A stretch of 64,000 bases of DNA from a virus (Duplodnaviria > Caudoviricetes), in the IMG/VR virus record IMGVR_UViG_3300032300_000824, positions 32,001 to 96,000 of that record. One strand, given 5' to 3'. The notes below the pieces were generated by a model. It did no database searches and was not told the origin of the DNA. It saw only the letters and a program-made list of their open reading frames with translations. Of the stretch, positions 48,589 through 58,077 are shown in pieces; positions within the stretch are counted from its first letter, which is position 1, and each line of letters starts with the position of its first letter. The translations under genes and the position numbers were made by a program.

Positions 48589-49659
48589 TTATACACAATT
48601 TATGACTTTGCTTGCAGAGCTTGACCAAGTTAGAGATTTAGCTGTTATTAATCCGTTCGGATTAGTTTGAACCCTATTTTTATATGCATATCGTAAATAG
48701 TCTATAATTTGATCAATTTGTTTTTGCCCAATTTTAGCCCAATTCCCTTGACCCCTAAAATATTTACCGTCATTGGCCGGTTCAACACTATCTATATCAA
48801 CAAGAAAACAATTATCATTATTGCAAAACTCTGTGTGGGCTGAGTAATTACTAGCTATTACTGGCTTATTCATAGCCATTGTCTCCAAAAGCTCTAAATT
48901 CCATCCTTCTGCTCTAGATATATAAATTCCACAGTCAATGTATGCCAGTAGTTTAGCTATATCATTATGTGACTGTAGGTGAGGGAAGAGCTTTACCTTG
49001 TCTTTGAGTTTACTATTTAGATACATTGCTTCCCACTGACTTCTTTCTTCTGGAGTAATATATCCATTGTCAGAAGAAGCATTTACCCACAATTCAAAAT
49101 TTTCATTATTGGGAAAAGCTTTTTCAAAAATATCTAATAGTATATCATGACATTTTCTAATCTCCCATTTGCCTATTACGGAAAAGATATATGGTTCTGG
49201 CTTATTAGTTAAAGTATCTGTAATTTTGTAGTCAAAGATTTCTGTATCTACTCCAAGAGGAACCACATGAATAGGAGTTTTGATGTCATATTTAAGTAAA
49301 ACATTTTTTGCCCATTCACTAGCGACAAAAATTTTATCACAACATTTAAAATTATGCTGTTCTACTTCATTAATAGTATCAAGTTCAAAAAAGGGAAATA
49401 CATAATAGTTACCAGATCCAATTCTGCTAGACAAATCCCAAGCGTGCCACATCTTTAACGATGGAGCTTTATGATTATAGGATAGTCTATTATTAAAAGA
49501 TTTTTCTAATATATCAAACTTTGAACTATTAATAGAGAGTGGTGTCCCTATAGGAAACAGCGACACATCTACACCCTGTTCTATGAGAGATATTAAAAGA
49601 TTATATCCAGCAACTCCATATCCTGTATAGGTCACTGGTGCTTGAAAGTTTAGTTGCAT
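48589..49659 (-). CDS. GT4 glycosyltransferase
   Basis: TGYG, VPLGVD, GKWEIRK and SRAEGWNLELLETMAMNKPVI motifs. Confidence 0.9.
   Translation of the reverse strand: MQLNFQAPVTYTGYGVAGYNLLISLIEQGVDVSLFPIGTPLSINSSKFDILEKSFNNRLSYNHKAPSLKMWHAWDLSSRIGSGNYYVFPFFELDTINEVEQHNFKCCDKIFVASEWAKNVLLKYDIKTPIHVVPLGVDTEIFDYKITDTLTNKPEPYIFSVIGKWEIRKCHDILLDIFEKAFPNNENFELWVNASSDNGYITPEERSQWEAMYLNSKLKDKVKLFPHLQSHNDIAKLLAYIDCGIYISRAEGWNLELLETMAMNKPVIASNYSAHTEFCNNDNCFLVDIDSVEPANDGKYFRGQGNWAKIGQKQIDQIIDYLRYAYKNRVQTNPNGLITAKSLTWSSSASKVINCV
48590..48597 (-). promoter_or_regulatory. TGTGTATA(AT) motif variant
   Basis: Overlaps the GT4 stop codon, 23 nt upstream of the ATG at 48566. Confidence 0.4.
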
Positions 49660-49662
49660 TTT

Positions 49663-50778
49663 TTATTCGTAAATCTTGTTATGAGTATTGTTGACCTGTA
49701 TGAACGTTGTTTTTTTGCTAAAGTCTTTTATCCTTGATGCTCCGACATATGTGCAAGAACTTCTTATACCTCCAAGAATATCTTTCAAAACGTCTTCAGA
49801 TGTTCCTTTATATTTGATGGTAACAGATTTCCCTTCGCTTGTTCTATAATCGGCAACACCATTATGGTATTTGTCCATAGCATCTTTTGAACTCATACCA
49901 TAAAATTTAAGGCTAACTTTGCGCTTTTCTGTTTCATATCCTGGAGGAAATGGTTGCCAAAATTCTCCAGCAATACCAGCTTTCGGACACTTATACTCAT
50001 ATTGCCATTCTCCTTCACAGCAGTCTGTACCAGCAAACATACTACCAAGCATAACAAAATCAGCATTAGCTCCAAAAGCTTTGCAAACATCTCCAACCAC
50101 TTTGCATCCTCCATCAGAGCATATGTGTCCACCTAAGCCGTGTGCTGCGTCAGCACACTCCATAATTGCAGATAGTTGAGGATATCCTATTCCTGTCTTT
50201 AGTCTTGTTGTGCATACTGATCCTGACCCTATTCCTACCTTGACTATATCAACCTTACCATGAAATATAAGCTCTTCAGTCATCTCTGGCGTGACAACAT
50301 TTCCTGCCATGATGATAATATCGCTGTATAGTTTTCTAATATGATTAACTGTTTTAACAAATTTCTCACTATATCCATTAGCTACGTCAACACAGATATT
50401 AGGTAATTTCCTATTGGTTTTAAGAAGTTCTCCAAATACATATGTCATTTTTTCTATATCTGAGGAACCTATACCAGTAGAATAAAACGCTAATGTTTCT
50501 GGATTATTGGTGAAAAAGCCAACCAATACTTCTGGAGAATAATGTTTATGTAAACATGTTATAGCTTCATGTTTTTCTAGAATACTAGTCATACCTATTG
50601 TCCCAGTAGTATCCATATTGGCTACAACAACCGGAATACAATTTAGCTTTCTAGGAGAGTTGGCAAACTTAAATTCTCTATGAAGAGAAACTTCAGATCT
50701 GCTACTCAGTGTTGATCTTTTGGGTTTGATCAAAACGTCATCAAAATCCAACTTGAGTTCATTTATTATTTTTTGCAT
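49663..50778 (-). CDS. guaC: GMP reductase (type 1)
   Basis: KLDFDDVLIKPKRSTL.SR, ANMDT, DVANGYSE, KVGIGSGSVCTTR, YPQLSA and FYGMSS motifs. Confidence 0.95.
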   Translation of the reverse strand: MQKIINELKLDFDDVLIKPKRSTLSSRSEVSLHREFKFANSPRKLNCIPVVVANMDTTGTIGMTSILEKHEAITCLHKHYSPEVLVGFFTNNPETLAFYSTGIGSSDIEKMTYVFGELLKTNRKLPNICVDVANGYSEKFVKTVNHIRKLYSDIIIMAGNVVTPEMTEELIFHGKVDIVKVGIGSGSVCTTRLKTGIGYPQLSAIMECADAAHGLGGHICSDGGCKVVGDVCKAFGANADFVMLGSMFAGTDCCEGEWQYEYKCPKAGIAGEFWQPFPPGYETEKRKVSLKFYGMSSKDAMDKYHNGVADYRTSEGKSVTIKYKGTSEDVLKDILGGIRSSCTYVGASRIKDFSKKTTFIQVNNTHNKIYE

Positions 50779-50781
50779 AAT

Positions 50782-51312
50782 TCATTTGGAAAAGAAATAC
50801 CATCTCCTATGTGTATCAATGTTCTCTGAACTATTAATATGTACTAAATACTCTTTGATCTCATCCCATGTAGAAAAAATCATCTGGTGTGGTATTGTTC
50901 CAAAAAGCCAATCGGGCGTTTCTTTTTTACCTTGTACCATATGAACAATTATAGGTTTCTTTTGTCTATTTGCCCAAAAAATTTCTTCTAGTGTTCCACA
51001 CGGATGTACAGTGATATCTAAATTAACAACCAGAAAATCACTTATGTCTACTAGTCTTAGATCGACAGCCCTGATTGTTTTCATCATATGGGTAAGCTCA
51101 TCATATCTTTCTTGACGTTTGAGCTTAGTTTTAATTAAGTGGGAGTCTTGGTCTTCCATGCCTATATTTGTTGGCTTACTAATAGGATTAAAAACTTCAA
51201 CACCCATTTCCTCAAAGAAGGGGGTTATCGCCGCTCGCCATGTCATACCCCTGTCAGGAACTCTGTCCATAGCACCAGCCAGATAAACTCTAGATTTATT
51301 AAGTCTATTCAT
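50782..51312 (-). CDS. Nucleoside 2-deoxyribosyltransferase / nucleotide N-hydrolase family protein
   Basis: VYLAG, FNP, DLRLVDISD, GTLEE (catalytic Glu) and KKPI motifs. Confidence 0.8.
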   Translation of the reverse strand: MNRLNKSRVYLAGAMDRVPDRGMTWRAAITPFFEEMGVEVFNPISKPTNIGMEDQDSHLIKTKLKRQERYDELTHMMKTIRAVDLRLVDISDFLVVNLDITVHPCGTLEEIFWANRQKKPIIVHMVQGKKETPDWLFGTIPHQMIFSTWDEIKEYLVHINSSENIDTHRRWYFFSK

Positions 51313-51362
51313 AGAAACACATTAAAAGGAATAATACAAGTAAAAAAAGCAACATGATAATC

Positions 51363-52031
51363 TCAATTCAAATTTGCCCAATCTCCATCAAGCCTATTCC
51401 ATTTAAAATCCATTAAGTTTTGAGATACTGAAAAATAATATGGATTAATCAAACCCCTGAGCTTATCAGATTTAATGGTGCTTGAAGCATCACTGTGATG
51501 CCTACACATTATACCAGGAGTTTTTTCTATTGTCCAGCCACGACTTCTTACTCTTCTCATAAAGTCTATGTCTAAGAAATAAAAAGGACAACAGAGCCAA
51601 TCCCATTCCCCTACATCAGAGAGCATCGAAGTTCTGTATGCACAAAACAAATCTTCATTTTCCTTAGCATCCTGATGTACCCAGCCTGTTTTATTTTGGT
51701 CGGTAAAACTTTTTTTTGCATTTTCTAATAATAGCAAATCACCTTCAGAAGTTAATACCTCACAATCATTGTGCATGAATGTTATGAAGTCTGTCTGTTG
51801 TTCAATGCCTATTTTTCTGATCCAGTTGTATGTTTGTGCAGTGGTCAAAGGTACAGGAGGTCTGAGAACATGAAAATTAAAATCTGTTTCTTGAGCCAAG
51901 AGACTTTTCAACGATCCTTCTGCGCTATTATCTATAAAGATAGTATTATTCCAAAAATTTGGAACACTCTTAATTGCCAAAAGAGTTAAGTCAATCCTGT
52001 TTACGTAAGGAATAAAGTGTAAATACTTCAT
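51363..52031 (-). CDS. GT2-like glycosyltransferase
   Basis: IPYVNR, IDNS, MHND and VGEWD...DIDF motifs. Confidence 0.75.
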   Translation of the reverse strand: MKYLHFIPYVNRIDLTLLAIKSVPNFWNNTIFIDNSAEGSLKSLLAQETDFNFHVLRPPVPLTTAQTYNWIRKIGIEQQTDFITFMHNDCEVLTSEGDLLLLENAKKSFTDQNKTGWVHQDAKENEDLFCAYRTSMLSDVGEWDWLCCPFYFLDIDFMRRVRSRGWTIEKTPGIMCRHHSDASSTIKSDKLRGLINPYYFSVSQNLMDFKWNRLDGDWANLN

Positions 52032-52597
52032 CAGGAATGTTGTTTATTATAGTTATAGATAAAAACGTCGTATCTTCCCCATAGATCTTCTATTAGGTCT
52101 GAAATAAAATTCCAATTACCACCAGCTATTCCAGAACCAAACTTAGGAGCATGGATTTCTATCTTAGGACTATCTGGTTGACTGTTATAATTTTTGATAA
52201 ATGTTGATACTAGACCCATAGATCTTACTAGTGCCGCATAATTTAAGCACCTTCTGTGATTCTTATCCGGTAATCCATTTTGAGCCATCATATTAGCAAA
52301 AAATAATTTATGACCATATTTATTTTTTACAGATACTTCTATGAATTGAGTGTGTCCAAAGTTATTTCGAAGAAAAGTTTTTCCTAATAAATGGTAATTT
52401 TCTTTTACTATTGGATAATGATTTGATACGGCAGCAGCAAATCCTCCACTAAAAACATCTATATTATTACAGACATGGGGGATAATGACTGAACTGCCTA
52501 GTTTTTCTGAGGATACTCTTTTTAAAATTCTTTCAAACAGATCATCGTTACTCAAATGATAAGTTTTGTGGACATTTGCTAGGTTTCTTGTTTGCAT
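52031..52597 (-). CDS. Macrodomain protein (ADP-ribosyl hydrolase-like)
   Basis: IPHVCN...GGFAAAV...YP, ANMMAQ and PKFGSGIAGGNW motifs. Confidence 0.85.
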   Translation of the reverse strand: MQTRNLANVHKTYHLSNDDLFERILKRVSSEKLGSSVIIPHVCNNIDVFSGGFAAAVSNHYPIVKENYHLLGKTFLRNNFGHTQFIEVSVKNKYGHKLFFANMMAQNGLPDKNHRRCLNYAALVRSMGLVSTFIKNYNSQPDSPKIEIHAPKFGSGIAGGNWNFISDLIEDLWGRYDVFIYNYNKQHS

Positions 52598-52678
52598 AAA
52601 AGCTCCTTGTTTCTCTTATAGTAAGATGAAACTTTTGAGAAGCAATTTGCTGTTCGTACATACTATTATTGTATAATA

Positions 52679-53026
52679 CTATAGTCTTTCGTCCCAATAT
52701 CCATCTGGATAGTTGTTATTGTATATCTCAAATTTTACGTATGCAATATAATCATCAATTATCTCATAATTATTGACCGGCATGGCTCTTACATAAGAAA
52801 CAAGAGGATTCCACCATTCTACATATTCTTTTAAGTTGACTTGATACGATCTTTCTTCCTCTTGTTCCACAAAAAACCAAGTCCCAGTATCCGTTTCTGG
52901 AGGTATTTTAATGTTAGACTTTCTAGTTAACCAATGATGAAAACTTTCTTTGTCTATAAGCCAACAATCATATAGTTCTGATGTTGTTAGATCTATTATT
53001 TCAGCATTATTTATTTGGATTTTCAT
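52679..53026 (-). CDS. Hypothetical protein
   Basis: GAGG SD. Confidence 0.55.
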   Translation of the reverse strand: MKIQINNAEIIDLTTSELYDCWLIDKESFHHWLTRKSNIKIPPETDTGTWFFVEQEEERSYQVNLKEYVEWWNPLVSYVRAMPVNNYEIIDDYIAYVKFEIYNNNYPDGYWDERL

Positions 53027-53032
53027 TTTTCC

Positions 53033-53947
53033 TCATGCAAAAATTGATGCAAACCTTGAATTGTTTAAAAATTTAGGAGCCAAAGGATGAATTTGCTTAT
53101 TATTATTTTTATCTATATAATTTGAGACAATATCGTGTGTTATTTTCTCTAGGTCAAAATCATTTGTTTCTGTTTTAAAGTTAGCAGAGAATTCTTGGTG
53201 AGCAAAACATTGCCATTTAGCCCTATTGTCGATGTTATTTGTCATAGAAGAAAGATGCCATCCTCCCAAGCCTTCCAATATGTTTATATCTTGAATTGGT
53301 GCTGTATAGTTATTGTACACGGTCTTTTCTTCTTCGTCATCAAATCTAAATGAAGAATCTGCTACGTGATTTAATTTATATGGCTGTTTAGAAAAATTAA
53401 TTCTTCTATAATCAGCAGCAATTATTTTTTTCATATTATCATAAGATGTAATAAAAGCTTTAATCCATAAATTTTTATCCGGGCTGGTTTCTAATCCAAC
53501 GCTACACTTAAAATACTTATATTTTAAGTAATTAATAGATTGAAAATTTTGAATACCATCCAGTATGGATATATTTTGAATTTCATCTAAATCTTGAAAG
53601 CATATCACATCGCCGCTTTGAGCCAAACCCAATACAGAATCTTGCAAAATCTTTTTATGGTAAAACTCTGCTACCCATCGGTTTTCAGTAGATTTAAAAT
53701 TATTATGCCCAATAAAGTTTCCGGAATAAGGCTTTGGTAAGTTATCAATCTTTACATATAGTATTCTATTTTTATACTTTGTAAATATGTCTTGATATTT
53801 TTCAAAAAAGAATGGTTTAGAAATTCCGCTATACGTAGTGTCAGCCTCCGCCAGCACCACATAATCAAACCATTGAAGATCATATTCTATTCTGGCTTCT
53901 AGAAGCCAGATTTCATTATTCATGGTAAGACAGTTATATTTTTTCAT
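53033..53947 (-). CDS. GT17 (MGAT3-like) glycosyltransferase
   Basis: NE..LLEAR, EADTTYSG..KP, W..E, DLDEI, GGWHLS and FAHQE motifs. Confidence 0.8.
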   Translation of the reverse strand: MKKYNCLTMNNEIWLLEARIEYDLQWFDYVVLAEADTTYSGISKPFFFEKYQDIFTKYKNRILYVKIDNLPKPYSGNFIGHNNFKSTENRWVAEFYHKKILQDSVLGLAQSGDVICFQDLDEIQNISILDGIQNFQSINYLKYKYFKCSVGLETSPDKNLWIKAFITSYDNMKKIIAADYRRINFSKQPYKLNHVADSSFRFDDEEEKTVYNNYTAPIQDINILEGLGGWHLSSMTNNIDNRAKWQCFAHQEFSANFKTETNDFDLEKITHDIVSNYIDKNNNKQIHPLAPKFLNNSRFASIFA

Positions 53948-53948
53948 T

Positions 53949-56237
53949 TTAAAAGCAGGTTTTTAACCTAAAAATATTATAAGCATTAATGCAATTTTGT
54001 TTCATGGTTTCTATTTTATCAACAGAGATTGATTTTAATATTTCAAAAACATTGTTTAAATCATTTCTAGATATAGTAACTGAGAAGTCGTCCCAATTAT
54101 AGCCTTCAATATTTGGTCTGATCCACTCGTTTTCAAACAGCACTGGGATAGACCCAGTAGCCATACTTTCCCAAAGCCTAATAGTATTCAGGCCGGTTCC
54201 TTCTGGACACAAACTAAACACAGAATCAGATAATACGGTGTTGTATTCAAAGGTCTCAACCTCTTCTAGACTAACCTCATACTCTGATAGCGTTTGTTTT
54301 TTTATTTGTTTTTTGTACACATTATTATTAAAAAACCATACATCTTTTACCTTAATGTAAACCTCATCATTATCTTTTAATGTTTGATATAGCTGTTCTC
54401 TTATGTCAGATGAATACCATTTGTTATGTGCTCCTATAAAAGAGCATAAATATTTTTTTTCTTGATTTTTTTTGATTTTGATTCCTTTGTTTCTATTAGG
54501 ATTCTCTATATTAACTGCACATATATGCCATGGAAATAGATTTATTCCTTCTAGAGAGAGACTGTATGATTTTTGTTTTAAATGTGACAGATGAATATTT
54601 CTAATTCCAATTTTTTTCCAAAATCCTAACAGTTTATGCCAATTTATATGCTGACAGACTGTGTGCGTATTTTTATTGGATGGAATTTCAATCTTATCAA
54701 ATATCTCTTCCAAATAATTTTTACAGCTAGGCTCATCTAAAAAATCATCGCATTTAGAAAATTGTCTTTGTAAAGTATCTATTATAGATGCCCATGAGCA
54801 AGCAACATAAAAATTATCTACAAAATTATAATTATCTATATTGCTATGGTTATAAAAAGATTGCTTTTCTGTTATTGCCGGGAATTGCCAAGGAACAGAT
54901 TTAACTTCTAAAATTTTACTATCCTCAGAAACACTAATTCCAATATTGTTTATTTCTTTTTTAAATTCACTACTTTCTTGTCGAGTTTTAGCTATTACTA
55001 ATTGCTTGGATGCTATTTTAGAAGACAAATAACTAAAACTACTAAAATTTGATCCTATTATCTTGGATGTTTTGGATAATAAAAATAAATCTACTACAGC
55101 ATCATCTTGATGATATTTAGGCTCATGTACAAAAACACTATTAAAGAACACTTTTTCTTGATTATAAATTATTTTGTTTCCATATCTATTTATAAATTTT
55201 CTGTTTGTCTCTTCACTATCTGTTGATAAGAAAAATTTCACATCAGGATTTTTATCGATCTCTTTATCCAATAAATAAAAAAAACTTTGATCATCAGATA
55301 TTTTAAATTTATCTTTAATCCTACTATTCCATGCGTCTCCCCTTCTTACGTGCACGCCAACCGTATTATTATCAAAAGTATTGGAGACCGCATCTATTTT
55401 ATCTTGTATCCACTGAACAGGGTGTAGGAGAGAATAAAAATGGTTTTGTTCTTTAAAAAACTTTGGCATCATATATTCTAAACAGGAATCTCCTTCGTAA
55501 CAAAAGTCTTCTGTCATAATTTTGTAGTATATGTTTTTCTCAGAATCAAAAAAAGTATAAGACAGACCATTTTCTTCTTTGTTGATACTAGATTGTAAAT
55601 TAAAAATTTTTTGACCTTTTGCGGAGAATTCATCACTGTCTATAAAATTAACAGACTGGTTGGTGTTGAATAGGTCTGTAAATTTATCGTCCGACCAACC
55701 TTGTCCTTTTTCCCAACAAACAAATAAGTTTTTTCCACAAGATTCACTTAAGCTATAAAAAGAATTGACAGTTCTGATTCGGTTGGCTAATCCATTCTGA
55801 ACTTTTATATATATGTTTTTTCTATATTTTTGTGGTATTGAGTAATGAGTTATGGCTAATTTTTTTTTAGTCAAAATAGCAGATTGCTGCTCTTGGATTG
55901 CTTTAGTTGTAATCTCACAACTACCCCAGCCAGTTTTTGAACAAATATCCTCTGCTTTAGCAATATAATCAGAGGCCAAAACAAATTGATCTTGATTTAG
56001 AAATACCTTAGATAATCCTAAGCACGCCCAAGGAGTCTGACCAATTCGTAATGCCTTTTCGTAAAGTGTTATCTTTTCATGATCTCTATCATCTAGACAG
56101 TTGGCATATCTTATTAAGAGCTTAAAATCTTGTGTCTCTTCTGTAACTATTTGTTCATATATACTTCTAGCTTCGACGTGACGACCACTCAATTGTAGTT
56201 CGTATGCTTTTTCTTTTTGTTCTGTTATATTGTTCAC
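53949..56237 (-). CDS. TPR + fucosyltransferase-like (GT11/GT23 fold) + exostosin (GT47) fusion
   Basis: TPR-like N-terminus. Fucosyltransferase-like GLANRI, GVHVRRGD, FLSTD and SSFS. Exostosin-like WQFPAITE and FSLCPEGTG...RLWE...GSIPV. Confidence 0.8.
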   Translation of the reverse strand: MNNITEQKEKAYELQLSGRHVEARSIYEQIVTEETQDFKLLIRYANCLDDRDHEKITLYEKALRIGQTPWACLGLSKVFLNQDQFVLASDYIAKAEDICSKTGWGSCEITTKAIQEQQSAILTKKKLAITHYSIPQKYRKNIYIKVQNGLANRIRTVNSFYSLSESCGKNLFVCWEKGQGWSDDKFTDLFNTNQSVNFIDSDEFSAKGQKIFNLQSSINKEENGLSYTFFDSEKNIYYKIMTEDFCYEGDSCLEYMMPKFFKEQNHFYSLLHPVQWIQDKIDAVSNTFDNNTVGVHVRRGDAWNSRIKDKFKISDDQSFFYLLDKEIDKNPDVKFFLSTDSEETNRKFINRYGNKIIYNQEKVFFNSVFVHEPKYHQDDAVVDLFLLSKTSKIIGSNFSSFSYLSSKIASKQLVIAKTRQESSEFKKEINNIGISVSEDSKILEVKSVPWQFPAITEKQSFYNHSNIDNYNFVDNFYVACSWASIIDTLQRQFSKCDDFLDEPSCKNYLEEIFDKIEIPSNKNTHTVCQHINWHKLLGFWKKIGIRNIHLSHLKQKSYSLSLEGINLFPWHICAVNIENPNRNKGIKIKKNQEKKYLCSFIGAHNKWYSSDIREQLYQTLKDNDEVYIKVKDVWFFNNNVYKKQIKKQTLSEYEVSLEEVETFEYNTVLSDSVFSLCPEGTGLNTIRLWESMATGSIPVLFENEWIRPNIEGYNWDDFSVTISRNDLNNVFEILKSISVDKIETMKQNCINAYNIFRLKTCF

Positions 56238-56296
56238 GAAATAATAAAATCCTAATTTAGACTAAAGTATTCAGTAATTAATGTTTTTCATTATTT

Positions 56297-57073
56297 TTAG
56301 GAGGGACATTCCTGATTTAAAACTTTTTCTAGCCAGTCGTTCATAGAACATCCTATAATATTTTTTGTATTTAAAGACATTATTTGAATGTCTATTTTAG
56401 AAGCTTCTGTCTCTTTACAAGGATATACAAAAGCCAATCCTCCAATATTATTAATTTCAATAGGGTCATATGTTCTAACATTAGATAAATGTTTGTGGTA
56501 GCACTTGATAGTGTTGCACGGGTTGTACAAATTCCATCCGTATATACTCATAAGATAAGCAAATTTATTATCACAACGAAATTGTCCAGTAGGTATATCT
56601 AATTTAGGTAAAAAGTTTATATTTTGAATATGATCCCCGTTTATTGCCCAAACATCCTGAGACCAATGTGGATTTGGATGAAGTTTTGTAGAGTTTAATA
56701 GATCTTCATATCTAGATAAACAAATAATATTATTTGGTTCTGTTAAATAATCTGGTATTTTATTAATTGATTCATCAAAATAAATATCAGCATTAGAAAA
56801 TAAAGAGATGGTGTTTGAAGAAGAGTGTTCGATCCAATTTTTATACGTAGGCATTTTATCTAAACAAATAAAATTTAATTTATTACAATATGGATGAAGT
56901 TCTTCGTTTTCAAAAAAATGATAAAAATTAGAACTTTTTGTTTTTTGGTCTAAAAAGATATTGATTTGATTAATATAGGGATTTTTTAAATTATTAATCA
57001 GACAGGAATCTAATTCGAATTGTCTTTCTATAGAATTAGAAATAAAGTAGGTTGTATATAGGTTAATTTTCAT
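56297..57073 (-). CDS. Putative GT-A glycosyltransferase
   Basis: R..E...C, NADIYFD, LSRYE, SQDVW and CDN motifs. Confidence 0.6.
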   Translation of the reverse strand: MKINLYTTYFISNSIERQFELDSCLINNLKNPYINQINIFLDQKTKSSNFYHFFENEELHPYCNKLNFICLDKMPTYKNWIEHSSSNTISLFSNADIYFDESINKIPDYLTEPNNIICLSRYEDLLNSTKLHPNPHWSQDVWAINGDHIQNINFLPKLDIPTGQFRCDNKFAYLMSIYGWNLYNPCNTIKCYHKHLSNVRTYDPIEINNIGGLAFVYPCKETEASKIDIQIMSLNTKNIIGCSMNDWLEKVLNQECPS

Positions 57074-58077
57074 AATTCGTTTAAATCTATTGTGATATTA
57101 TATTTTTCATCTGCTTCTATAATAAGATGATTATAGTTTTGAGCCATCTTAAAACAATTTCTAAAATTATAACATATTCTATTATTTGGACAAAATTCTA
57201 TAATTTTTGTTTCTGAGTTACAAAATATAGTATTAACAAATAATGATCCATGTGCCCCTAGTATAGTTTTAGCATTACCAAAATATTTTACGATATCTTT
57301 TAATGGTTCTTTACCGGTCAATATAATAAAGTCTTTTTTTGTTAATGATTCAATAACTTCTTTTTCATTAAGAACGCCTCTAGATCCTACTTGAATATGA
57401 TTTCTACTTAAGTATAAATTATACTTAGGTTCAATATCTTGTATGTCAAAATATTTAAAGTATTGATTTAATATCCATAAATATGCTTCTTTGTCCATTT
57501 CTGTAGGTACTGTTGGAGATATTGAATAAATTAGTTTTGAAATATGTAAATTATTATTTAGGATCAAATCTTTTTCTGTAATAGTTCTATTAGTCAAAAT
57601 AGATAGATGTTTTATAAAGTCTATTATATTATGATATTCAGAGACTATAAATTTAATATTTTTATCATGTAGCAATTCTCTTATAGGATACAGTCTTTGA
57701 AAGGTATCAAATAAATGACCAAAAGCATAATATCCAAAAGGATGAGTTAAATCAATACAGGTGTCTCTGACCTCTGTAAAATCTGTATTGAAAGATTCTT
57801 TATTATATTTTTTTAAAATAGCCCCTGTTCTTTTACTCACCTCTTGATTAAATAAGGTGTCGTCCTTATAGTATCCACATATACATTCTGGTTGCCAGAA
57901 AATTTGTTCATGAAGAGTAGACTCTATTACCTTTTGATTTTTATCAAATATAATACCATCTAACATAAATATATCATTAAATGAGTATGCTAGTTTTTTA
58001 TGTCCAAAATAATTATGTCGATTACAATTTAAAAAACTGTATGATTTTTTCTTAGGTAAATTGAATTGGATTGTCAT
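57070..58077 (-). CDS. GT61 (DUF563) glycosyltransferase
   Basis: FGH..D, LYLSR, R.vlNE and GAHGS..vN.iFC...IIE motifs. Confidence 0.8.
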   Translation of the reverse strand: MTIQFNLPKKKSYSFLNCNRHNYFGHKKLAYSFNDIFMLDGIIFDKNQKVIESTLHEQIFWQPECICGYYKDDTLFNQEVSKRTGAILKKYNKESFNTDFTEVRDTCIDLTHPFGYYAFGHLFDTFQRLYPIRELLHDKNIKFIVSEYHNIIDFIKHLSILTNRTITEKDLILNNNLHISKLIYSISPTVPTEMDKEAYLWILNQYFKYFDIQDIEPKYNLYLSRNHIQVGSRGVLNEKEVIESLTKKDFIILTGKEPLKDIVKYFGNAKTILGAHGSLFVNTIFCNSETKIIEFCPNNRICYNFRNCFKMAQNYNHLIIEADEKYNITIDLNEL

